Below are positions 20,252 to 29,689 of a stretch of DNA of 64,000 nucleotides, piece by piece. This DNA is from Candidatus Latescibacterota bacterium (GTDB taxonomy: Bacteria > Latescibacterota > UBA2968 > UBA8231). The position numbers and the translations under genes were made by a program. Below the pieces are notes generated by a model. That model saw only the letters and a program-made list of their open reading frames with translations, was not told the origin of the DNA and did no database searches. Numbering within the stretch: the stretch's first letter is position 1; every line of letters starts with the position of its first letter. The stretch lies in the NCBI GenBank assembly GCA_965219385.1, contig CBDCNM010000002.1:654639-718638 (forward strand). Direction: 5' to 3'.

Positions 20252-20698
20252 GAGTGAAACTATTTTCTCCTATATCGGCGATCAGCGATCGGCCGGAAGG
20301 CAGCCCCTACCGCCTGACAAAATCGGCGGTTGGCCGAAAGGGGACATTGCCTCTGGGGTTTTGTGAGTCCCAGAAGGCTGAGAGACCTTTTTCTGGTGCT
20401 CGGGCTCGCCTCAGGTGCTGCCCCGAAAATCGGCCGGCCTCCTTAGTCTATTCCCCACCTCAACCCCCCCACAAAACACCGCCGGCAACATCCTCTTCCG
20501 GCCTCAGGCCTGGCATGTTATCGCAGTTTCGTCATGTACTGATAGTCCTGGATCCGCGTCCTGAGGATCGGTGATACGGTTTTCAATATGCAACTTTCTA
20601 CATGGGACGACAAGTCTTATACTTTAAAAAGGCTTCTGAGGGGGCTGGATGGAGATTTTTTGGCAAAATGAAGGAATAAATAAAGAAGGAGGCTGTAG

Positions 20699-21763
20699 AT
20701 GTTGTCAACCGAAAACATGGGTGGAGTAGTCATTGCCCCGGATCAGTTGGAAGAGATGCAGGCCGGCGACTATATCCTGCATGCCCGCGACGGCAAGCTG
20801 AGCAAAGTGGAAGTGGAGAAAACCAGATTGCCCCTGGATCCTCAAGGCCATACCCAGAGATTGGGCCTGGTTCTGGCGCCCGATGGCACCATCTATGCTT
20901 CGCAACAAAGCATCATCTCGAAATCCACGGACGGAGGAAAGACCTGGGAACACCTCGAGAGAGATCCCGCTACCTTCGGCTTCAATGGGTGGCTCCTGCA
21001 GGTCAATCGAAAAGGCAGACTGATCAATGTAAGCCAAAGCGAAGAGGAGGGACCGACCACGACCTGGATCTCGGATGATGAAGGCGAAACCTGGGAACAG
21101 ATGGGCCAGATAGAGATCGCGCCCTGGAAAAGGGCCGTGGCCGGTTCGAGTATAACCCGCCTCAGTAACGGCAAATTGCTGCTGCCCATCAAAAGACGGG
21201 AGGAAGAATTTTACCAGGGTGCCAATCCCACCTATGTCTTCCGCTCCGAGGATGGCGGTCGGAACTTCGATCAGCGCTCCTTTTTGTCGGACTACGGCAA
21301 CGAGGTCAACATCGCCGAGCTTTACCCGGGGCGGCTCCTGGCGGTCATCCGCTACCAGCCCGGACCGCCCGACCAGCCGCAGACCAACAAGACGGTCTTC
21401 CTGGCCGACTCGGTGGACGACGGATCAACCTGGACCAATCTCCGCCAGTTGACCACGGAAAACGGCCAGTGCCATGGTGCCGCAGTAGGGCTTTCCGGCC
21501 ACCGGGCGGTCGTGGCGTACGATCACCGCTATCCCCGCGAACTCGGCAGCGGGCGGGCCATGGTCAGCCACGACGATGGCCAGCATTGGCCGGACGAAGT
21601 CTACTACCTGTGCCATGGAAATGCCGCCGGCTTTCCCCGGCATATTACCCTGGATGGAGAAGAAATCCTCACCCTGATAGGCTCCTGCTACGGCGATGTG
21701 AGCGGTTGGGATAAAGCGATTGGGCGCTCTTACTTCTGCATCATACGCTGGCGGCCGGTTTAG
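20699..21763 (+). CDS. Sialidase/BNR Asp-box beta-propeller protein
   Basis: Five Asp-boxes: STDGGKTW, SDDEGETW, SEDGGRNF, SVDDGSTW, SHDDGQHW; AGGAGG RBS. Confidence 0.85.
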   Translation: MLSTENMGGVVIAPDQLEEMQAGDYILHARDGKLSKVEVEKTRLPLDPQGHTQRLGLVLAPDGTIYASQQSIISKSTDGGKTWEHLERDPATFGFNGWLLQVNRKGRLINVSQSEEEGPTTTWISDDEGETWEQMGQIEIAPWKRAVAGSSITRLSNGKLLLPIKRREEEFYQGANPTYVFRSEDGGRNFDQRSFLSDYGNEVNIAELYPGRLLAVIRYQPGPPDQPQTNKTVFLADSVDDGSTWTNLRQLTTENGQCHGAAVGLSGHRAVVAYDHRYPRELGSGRAMVSHDDGQHWPDEVYYLCHGNAAGFPRHITLDGEEILTLIGSCYGDVSGWDKAIGRSYFCIIRWRPV

Positions 21764-21895
21764 TCGTTCGACCCAAATCGCATCGGGTGAGGCTCAGCAG
21801 GGCCAATCCACGGCAAAGACCATGGGATCTGGACGGAATGTGAACCAGCCGCCAGAGACCGCGCAATCCGTCGACAAAATGTTGTTGACGCGGAC

Positions 21896-22183
21896 TTGAA
21901 TCTGAATGGGAGTGTCGCCCAACTGGCCATCGCCCTAAAGGCCGTGTTTGAAGAGGCTATGGAGCCGGTCAACGAAAACATGGTTGAACTGGAAAAACGG
22001 ATGGTAGGGATGGAGAAGGGGATGGGCGAGATGGAGGAACGTCTTAAAGCGCATATCGATGCGCACATTGACACCACGAACCAAAACCTGCAAGCCCAAC
22101 TGGCGGCGCACCGCCTGGAGGTCAAAGACGAGCGCCAGGCGCAACGCAGCGCCGTTGCGGCGCTGATCGGCCCGCAACCCTGA
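21896..22183 (+). CDS. Small coiled-coil hypothetical protein
   Basis: 95-aa ORF with heptad-like M/E/K repeats; start uncertain. Confidence 0.5.
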   Translation: MNLNGSVAQLAIALKAVFEEAMEPVNENMVELEKRMVGMEKGMGEMEERLKAHIDAHIDTTNQNLQAQLAAHRLEVKDERQAQRSAVAALIGPQP

Positions 22184-22206
22184 GGGCCCGGCCCGCCCGA
22201 CCCGCT

Positions 22207-23151
22207 TTAAGGCGCGCTGGGCACCGCCTGCCGTTTTATCCGGCCCCAGGTGCTCGGCTCGACGTTACTACCCTCATCGGCGTCCCCCGCACAGCGAAAA
22301 CCCACATCCTTATGCCCGTGGGGCAACGTGGCCCCCCCGGTGCGCGCCGGGGAAAGTATACTGGGGGGCGAGAGCCAATCTCCGCCTTTCGTTTGGGCAT
22401 AGCTGTTGTATACCGGCGCGTATCCCGACCTTTTTACAGGCTTGTCTCTATGGTAGTGTTCCTGCACGTATTCCGATACATTCCCGATCATATTCAGTGC
22501 CCCGTAGGGCGAAGCGCCGGCCGGGAAGGCATCCACCGGCGCGGTATACCGAAAGCCATCTAGGGAAGCGGGGGCAAAAGCCCCAAAGCTAAACTCGGCG
22601 TACTTTCCGTAGTTGGCCAGAGAAGGATTCGGCTCTTCGTTGCCCCAGGGGTAGAACCGCCCGTCCGTACCGCGGGCCGCTTTTTCCCATTCCAGCGCGG
22701 TAGGCAACCGCAAACCGGCCCACCCGCAATAATCGACGGCATCTTGCCAGGTCACCCCCACGACCGGCAGCTCCGGCTGAAAAAGTTGATCCGCCTCGTC
22801 CCACAAGGTAACCGAGTACCGCCGCTTGCGGCCCATCGCTTCCAGAAAGACGCTGTAGTGCTGATTGCTCACTTCGTACTGGTCGATCCAGAACGATTCC
22901 AGATAGACGTGCTCAGTGGCCACGCCGCCCCAGCGGCCCGGCGTGCCGCCGGCCCAAAAGAGCCCCGCCGGAACAAACAGCAAGGTATGCTGAGTACCCG
23001 CCGGCGTGGACCAAGCCCGCTCCACAACGGTGTACTCGTCGCTTTCCCACGGGCGGCCCCACAGTTCAGGGGGGGGCTTGGGCGGCTGCGCCTCTACAAG
23101 GCTTAGGAGGATACAGCCGCCCAACAGGCACCCTGCACCGATTCGCAGCAT
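22207..23151 (-). CDS. Secreted FGE-sulfatase (SUMF1/EgtB/PvdO, CLec-fold) domain protein, variant 1, with C-terminal TWGRIK tail
   Basis: Signal-peptide-like N-terminus; 'FWIDQYEVSN', 'PVVGVTWQDA', 'RLPT..EWEKAARG', 'YPWG', 'GNVSE', 'GFRC'; ATG 23151. Confidence 0.88.
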   Translation of the reverse strand: MLRIGAGCLLGGCILLSLVEAQPPKPPPELWGRPWESDEYTVVERAWSTPAGTQHTLLFVPAGLFWAGGTPGRWGGVATEHVYLESFWIDQYEVSNQHYSVFLEAMGRKRRYSVTLWDEADQLFQPELPVVGVTWQDAVDYCGWAGLRLPTALEWEKAARGTDGRFYPWGNEEPNPSLANYGKYAEFSFGAFAPASLDGFRYTAPVDAFPAGASPYGALNMIGNVSEYVQEHYHRDKPVKRSGYAPVYNSYAQTKGGDWLSPPSILSPARTGGATLPHGHKDVGFRCAGDADEGSNVEPSTWGRIKRQAVPSAP

Positions 23152-23168
23152 AGGGCTGTTCCCTAACT

Positions 23169-23563
23169 TCAGGTCAAAATGCTGGAAAGCTTGTCCATAT
23201 AGTCTTGCTGCTGAGCGATGGTCCAATAGTTCCTCGGCGGCGTCTTGCTCCAATTACTCCAAAAACCCAGGCTGTCTTGCCAGGCCGATGTGGGAGGCAA
23301 GGTCGTCGGATTGCGCATATTGTCAATCGTACTTGATAACCGCCCGATGCGCCCATCGGCCGAATCGGGATCGTTGACGTTGGCCGGAAAGGGCGGCATT
23401 TGCTGCAAGACAAAGTAATAATCCTGGGGGACGCCGTCCTGGCTAGCGGCCTCGTCGGCCCAGGCGTTGCGCTTGAGGTCCGTATGCGCGACCAGATCGT
23501 GGGTGCCCAACTCCCACACGATGTTGGGTTTGGTATACGACCTCAAATCGAGGGTATACTCGG
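23169..23563 (-). pseudogene. Orphan C-terminal variant cassette of unknown protein A
   Basis: Start-less reading frame homologous to the end of 26280-27233, with a divergent tip. Confidence 0.8.
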
Positions 23564-23937
23564 TTATCGGGGCTTGTATATGGCTCTATCCGTTGCAGAA
23601 ATTCGGCGGGAGTTTCTTCACGATAGGACTCTATCAAATAAAACTCTGAGCACCTGGTAAATCTTTCTGGAAATAAGTCGGAGGCATACTGGCCGACTGC
23701 TTCAAACAATTTGCTCAGCTTGTGACTATATTTCTTCGCCGATTTACCATTTAACAGAAGAGATGCCTTGAGGTATTTCTCGATTGCTTGTCCGGCCGCC
23801 CAGAAAAACCCGTTGGCCATTTGTTCGTGATGGCACATCCGGGCAAGAATATAATCGCGGTCCGCCATTTCTACGAATAAATACGTGACCACGTCGTTCT
23901 TTAGCACATCAATATGCATAATAGTTCCCTTTTTCAT
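23564..23937 (-). pseudogene. HEPN-domain protein, C-terminally truncated
   Basis: 'ADRDYILAR', 'QAIEKYLKA', 'YSHKL'; cut at 'PDNR' where protein-A cassette sequence begins; lower GC. Confidence 0.7.
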
Positions 23938-24057
23938 CCAGGGGGAGACGGATCGCTACAATCGTAGTATCCGGGCACATGGTTTCAGTCCACTCCCCCC
24001 ACTGGATCGATAGTACCTCTTCTATTCTGAAAAACTAGCTATCAATATCTCCTTTAA

Positions 24058-24962
24058 GAGTCTCTAACAAAACCTTGGAATCGCGTATAGGCTTCATTAT
24101 ATTCTTATCCTCTTCGGTATTGCTTCTACCGTCTTGATATGGAGGTGTTTTTGATGGCCAAGCCGTTACTCGACGATGGGTTATGGGCCTTGATTGAACC
24201 GGTTTTGCCCCCCGTAACCGTTGGCCCCCAAGGGGGGCGGCCTCGGCTGGATAACCGTAGGGTGCTGACCGGCATTCTCTTTGTGCTCAAGACGGGTATC
24301 CCTTGGGAGTATTTGCCTCAAGAGATGGGGTGCGGTTCGGGGATGACCTGTTGGCGTCGCCTGCACGCTTGGCAACAAGCCGGGGTCTGGAAAAGAGTCC
24401 ATCATATCCTGTTGAACCGACTGAGGGCCGCCGACCGGATTGATTGGTCTCGTGCGGTGGTCGATAGTGCCTCGGTGCGGGCGGTTGGGGGGGGGCGCAC
24501 ACCGGTCCCAATCCGACGGACCGCGGCAAACCCGGTAGCAAACACCATGTAATCACCGATGCCCAAGGGGTGCCGTTGGCGGCGGGGGTGACGGGGGCCC
24601 ATCGGCATGATGTGACGCAGCTGTTGCCGTTGGTGGATCGCATACCCCCGGTGGCCGGTCGGGTCGGCCGCCCGCGTCGTCGGCCGGATCGGGTGCAAGG
24701 GGATCGGGCCTATGATTCGCAAGCCCATCGGCGCGCCTTGCGTAAGCGGGGCATCGGCTCGGTGTTGGCTCGGCGAGGGCAAGCCCACGGCAGCGGCTTG
24801 GGCGTCTATCGGTGGGTGGTGGAACGAACGTTGGCATGGTTGCACCAATTCCGTCGGCTTCGAGTCCGCTGGGAGCGACGAGGTGATCTCCATGAAGCCT
24901 TTCTCGACATCGGATGTATTCTCATCTGTTGGAAGTACCTCAAAGAGTTTTGTTAGGGCCTC
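24058..24962 (+). mobile_element. IS5-family insertion sequence (905 bp), two-ORF transposase 24139-24552 and 24570-24956
   Basis: TIRs GAGTCTCTAACAAAAC / GTTTTGTTAGGGCCTC; TAA target duplication; 'GIPWEYLP', 'DRAYDS', 'RWVVERTLAWL'; G-run at about 24487-24495 as likely frameshift site. Confidence 0.92.
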
Positions 24963-25088
24963 TAAGCCTCGACGGCCGAAGCGGTACAAGATTTACCCGA
25001 ACAATCCGCTGAAAAGAGTAGCAGGGTGGATCTGAAGGATTACGACGGTCCCAACGCTTCCAGGTTTACCCCCATACCGGCTTCAACC

Positions 25089-25387
25089 AATCCTGGGGGA
25101 CGCCGTCCTGGCTAGCGGCCTCGTCGGCCCAGGCGTTTCGCAGCGTGTCCGTATGCGCGACCAGATCGTGGGTACCCAACTCCCACACGATGTTGGGTTT
25201 GGTATACGATCTCAAATCGAGGGTATACTCGGAATGGGCATGCACCGATCCCACGGGCGCGTACTGCGGCGGATAGACCAAAAACTTCAGCGAACCTGAA
25301 ACGGCGGCTAGCTTATCCGACAGATGGCCGATCATCTTTTGCTGGGCCTGGATTTGAAAATTGACCAGGTGCGGGTAGATGAAGGCA
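25089..25387 (-). pseudogene. Second orphan internal variant cassette of protein A
   Basis: Begins right after the FGE variant 2 stop: AFIYPHLVNFQIQAQQKMIGHLSDK...QDGVPQD versus TVYPKLVDFQCQAQRKMIG in the main copy. Confidence 0.8.
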
Positions 25388-26278
25388 TTACCGCGCGCTG
25401 GGCACCGCCTGCCGTTTTATCCGGCCCCAGGTGCTCGGCTCGACGTTACTACCCTCATCGGCGTCCCCCGCACAGCGAAAACCGACGTCCTTCCTCAGTC
25501 TAGCCCGACCGGGGCTATATCCTTCTTCTCCACTTCCGCGCGAGATCCAAAGTAGTGATTGGGGCTGTCTCCAACTCCCGCCTCTCACTTGGATTTTATC
25601 CGCGCTTACTTGTACGTATTCCCCAACGTTCCCGGCCATACTGAGCGCCCCGTAGGGGGAAGCCCCCTCGGGGAGGGCATCCACCGGCGCGGTATACCGA
25701 AAGCCGTCGGTGCCGTCGGGGGCAAAAGCCCCAAAGCTAAACTCGGCGTACTTTCCGTAGTTGGCCAGGCCGGGCCGCGGCTCTTCGTTGCCCCAGGGAT
25801 AGATCCGCCCGTCCGTGCCACGAGCAGCCTTCTCCCATTCCAGCGCGGTAGGCAACCGCAAACCGGCCCACGTGCAATAATCGACGGCGTCTTGCCAGGT
25901 CACCCCCACGACCGGCAGCTCCGGCTGAAAAAGTTGATCCGCCTCGTCCCACAAGGTAACCGAGTACCGCCGCTTGCGGCCCATCGCTTCCAGAAAGACG
26001 CTGTAGTGCTGATTGCTCACTTCGTACTGGTCGATCCAGAACGCGTCGGTCCAGGCTTGTTCTCTGGGCATCTGGTTTCGGGGCCTTCCTCCTCCGACCC
26101 AAAAGGAATCGGCCGGAACAAATACCTGGACATGGCTCACCCCGGCCGGGGTAGGCCATGTCCGTTCCACGACGGTGTACTCGCCCCTTTCCCACGGGAG
26201 GAAATATCTGGGTAGTTGCGCCGTTGCCTGGGATACAAAGACGCAACCGACCAGGTACCACATACAGATTCGGACCAT
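25388..26278 (-). CDS. Secreted FGE-sulfatase (CLec-fold) domain protein, variant 2, with C-terminal TWGRIK tail
   Basis: Signal-peptide-like N-terminus ending 'ATAQ'; FGE motifs; 'RGGSW', 'GFRC'. Confidence 0.88.
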   Translation of the reverse strand: MVRICMWYLVGCVFVSQATAQLPRYFLPWERGEYTVVERTWPTPAGVSHVQVFVPADSFWVGGGRPRNQMPREQAWTDAFWIDQYEVSNQHYSVFLEAMGRKRRYSVTLWDEADQLFQPELPVVGVTWQDAVDYCTWAGLRLPTALEWEKAARGTDGRIYPWGNEEPRPGLANYGKYAEFSFGAFAPDGTDGFRYTAPVDALPEGASPYGALSMAGNVGEYVQVSADKIQVRGGSWRQPQSLLWISRGSGEEGYSPGRARLRKDVGFRCAGDADEGSNVEPSTWGRIKRQAVPSAR

Positions 26279-26279
26279 A

Positions 26280-27775
26280 TCATCCCACCAAAACGCGTTT
26301 GAGTTCGTCCATATAGGCTTGCTGCTGGTCGGCGGTCCAATAGTTCCTCGGCGGCGTCTTGCTCCAATTACTCCAAAAACCCAGGCTGTCTTGCCAGGCC
26401 GATGTGGGAGGCGAGGTCGCCGGATTGCGCATGTTCGTCAAGGTGGTCTCCAGCCGCCCGATCCGGCTCATCGACGAATTCGGGTCATTTTCCCCGGCTG
26501 GAAAGGGCGGCATTTGCTGCAAGGCAAAGTAATAATCCTGGGGTCCGCCGTCCTGGCTGGCCGCCTCGTCGGCCCAGGCGTTGCGCTTGGGGTTCGTATG
26601 CGCGGCCAGATCGTGGGTGCCCAACTCCCACACGATGTTGGGTTTGGTATACGATCTCAAATCGAGGGTATACTCGGAATGGGCATACACCGATCCCACG
26701 GGCGCGTACTGCGGCGGATAGACCAAAAACTTCAGCGAACCTGAAACGGCGGCTAGCTTATCCGACAGATGGCCGATCATCTTTCTCTGGGCCTGGCATT
26801 GAAAATCAACCAGCTTCGGATAGACCGTCCGGCAGTGTTGATAGGTCGAGCCGTTCCACGGCGCAGGGACCGAGCCGGTATAGGCGGCGTGTTCCCCGAT
26901 TTGGCCCAGGGCCAAGGCGTTGAGCCAGCCCATCCAGGCCAGGTCATCGTCGGCCTGGATGGCCGCCCAGGCGGCGGCGCAATGCTCGTCGGCATACGTC
27001 TCCCAGGCCGAGCCGAGATGGAAACGCCAGGGCTGAAGCTCATGGTTCCAGCGGATCCCCTTGAAACGACTACGGTAGCTATTGTTGTTGTGGACGGCTT
27101 GGAACAGGGTTCCCCAGTCCGTGTAAAAGTCGTGATCGGGGTTGTCGTGGAAATCTTCCCGGGTTATAGAGCCTACAGCGGCCGTGCCTGTAATGGTCTC
27201 CCCTGGCAGTGTTGATAGGTCGAGCCGTTCCACGGCGCAGGGACCGAGCCGGTATAGGCGGCGTGTTCCCCGATTTGGCCCAGGGCCAAGGCGTTGAGCC
27301 AGCCCATCCAGGCCAGGTCATCGTCGGCCTGGATGGCCGCCCAGGCGGCGGCGCAATGCTCGTCGGCATACGTCTCCCAGGCCGAGCCGAGATGGAAACG
27401 CCAGGGCTGAAGCTCATGGTTCCAGCGGATCCCCTTGAAACGGCTACGGTAGCTATTGTTGTTGTGGACGGCTTGGAACAGGGTTCCCCAGTCCGTGTAA
27501 AAGTCGTGATCGGGGTTGTCGTGGAAATCTTCCCGGTTAATAGAGCCTACAGCGGCCGTGCCTGTAATGGTCTCCCCTTCAAGGCTCAGCGTCAACACAA
27601 AGTCCACATTCGGCTCAAAAAAATCATCCGGCTCCACGAGCTTATCATCGACATCCTCGATGGTAGCCCCAGAGAAAAACAGCCCCAGCTGAAAGGTGTC
27701 AAACCCGTAATCCTGCGGCCGGGTGATGTTCAAGGCGTCCTCGTCCAGCATGGCGCGTCCGTAAAATAGTTTCAT
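26280..27775 (-). pseudogene. Unknown protein A, frameshifted by an internal 374-bp tandem duplication (ORFs 27173-27877 and 26280-27233)
   Basis: Both ORFs carry the same 'GETITGTAAVGS...STYQHC' block; removing one copy gives about 373 aa from ATG 27775. Confidence 0.75.
26831..27578. repeat. 374-bp tandem direct duplication with a few substitutions between copies
   Basis: GGCAGTGTTGATAGG at 26831 and 27205; SITRE versus SINRE. Confidence 0.92.
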
Positions 27776-27905
27776 GGTGTATGCGGTGCGGAGTGGAATC
27801 GTGGCCCAGGCCGGGCCGATCGGGCGATCGGGGAAACACCGCGTCTCCTTTCGTAGGTTGAACTCCTGGTTCCCCAAGGAGAACCTACGTCAGAGTGACG
27901 TTCCT

Positions 27906-27934
27906 AAAATACACACATGTTCCTTGGATTGCAA
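27906..27934 (-). promoter_or_regulatory. Putative sigma70 promoter upstream of the protein A/FGE locus
   Basis: TTGCAA-17 bp-TATTTT with TG extension; same -10 hexamer as the tRNA-Lys promoter. Confidence 0.55.
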
Positions 27935-28237
27935 GGGAGTTTTTTGTCTATCAAAAAAAACTTGTTAGAGCCTCTCTATCGCCCTCTAACATCCTTCAAG
28001 TAGCTCCCAAATTTATCTTCCCAGGGAAATCATTAAAGCCGTTAGAAGGCAAACCAGGACGTTTAATGACATAGAAATCCTCTTATTGATCTTTGCATTT
28101 CTAGTGGAATGGCGTCTCACTCTTGCTTCGGCCCAGACCGGTCGGGTAGCCGGGAGATGTTGCCATCCCCCGGCCCCCTAAGAACCGTGCGCGACTTTCA
28201 CCGCACACGGCTCAAGCAGACGGCTTCTCTCCTCTAA

Positions 28238-29686
28238 GCTCGACTTTATCCATTTATGTAGCGTACGAGACGGTGTGTATCAAGCGGTTGAGTAGGCTTC
28301 GAGGGATTTTTATCAGGTCGTGTTGGTTGGGCAGGTTGGAAAAAGCCTGCCAGAGCCGTTGTCGGACCCAGGCCACGGCATCGGAAAAGGTGGGTTTTCG
28401 TTTGCCATACCAGGCCGTGGCATGGCAGGGGGAGGCGCTTTTGGGGGCCAGCCGATTGGCGATGAGGGCGACCAGACTAAACAAGGCCAAGATGACCGGC
28501 GTGGTCCGGGCAATGGCCCGCTCATTCCATTGGCGTTGGGTTTCCATGCCCAGATGGGCGCGGGCTTCCTCAAAGGTAGTTTCTACCGACCAGCGTTGGA
28601 GAAAATAGGTCAGCATTTGCCGAGGGGACAGACGCACATCGGTCGAGAGCAAGGCTTGGGGCGCGAAGCGGCCGGCCGGGTCTCGGATCAGCAGCCAGCG
28701 GAGGGGCACGGCGGGCAAGCCAGTGTGATACCACAGCGCCGTTTGGCTGTAGGTTTCCACTGTATAGGGGCCGGCGGCATACCACCGGTCCAGGGTGAGG
28801 GGGTGCCAAGGGGTAGTCGGATCGTTCAGGTGCTGCTGGAGGGTGGGCTGCCGGGCGCCTTTGCCGCGGGGGCGTCCCCGCGTGTGCGGCGTGCGGGTTG
28901 GTGGTGGGTCATACAGGGCCGCATCCAACCGCAAGCGGGTAATCAGCCCCACGTGGGGCCGAACCGCGTCGAGAAAGGCCAAGGCGGAGAAGGTGCTATC
29001 GGCGACCACGACCAGCCGGCGGGTGGGCAGCCAGCGCGCTACCAGCTTGAGCATAGTCTGCCCCCGTTGCAACAGGGTGAGGGGGGTGCGCTGGCGCTGA
29101 GTATAGTAGCGGGCCGACGGACACAGCACACTCATAAAGGGTAAGGCCCAACTTCGATCCGCCCAAGGGATAGGCGCTACCAGCATCAACGACAGCCAGC
29201 GCAAGCCGCTAGCCTTGACCAGGTGGGGCCCACTCGAGCGGACGGGATCCCGGTAGATGCCTCGGGCCCCAATCTGGGCGCCCCGGCGCCGCTCGATGGT
29301 CTCATCCAGGCCCAGGACCAGGGGCCCGTGGGGGGCAAAGGCGGCCACCAACGCCTGGAGGAGTAGCTTACTGCCGGCCAGGGGCGACCACACACAGCGG
29401 TTGAGGATCCGGTGGTAGGTTTGAAAGGTAGGCTGTTGGCTCAAGCCCAACACCTCCAACACGGCGCTGACCGTGCGTTTACCCGGGGCTAACAGCGCCC
29501 CGACCAACAGCGTCTGAGCCTGCGGCCAAACGCGGCTCGAAAAAAGGGGGGCAAAGGGCGACAAAATCGTTATTATATCCTTCGGCAGGGGGCTCATCGG
29601 TTTCTCCTGGGCTGTCGATGCTTGGATACCATCAACAGTACGGAGGATACCGGCCTCCTGCCATGCGCGTTTGGATAAAATCGAGC
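28238..29686 (-). mobile_element. IS701/IS4-like insertion sequence (1449 bp), copy 1; transposase 28254-29597
   Basis: TIRs GCTCGACTTTATCCA / TGGATAAAATCGAGC; DDE motifs 'LGLDET', 'VVADS', 'RWSVETTFEE'; near-identical to 43820-45268. Confidence 0.92.
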
Positions 29687-29689
29687 TTA

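Noticed and set aside
22207..26278. Diversity-generating retroelement targeting the FGE genes
   Set aside because: There is no RT, Avd or template repeat in the window, and the differences include indels and non-adenine changes.
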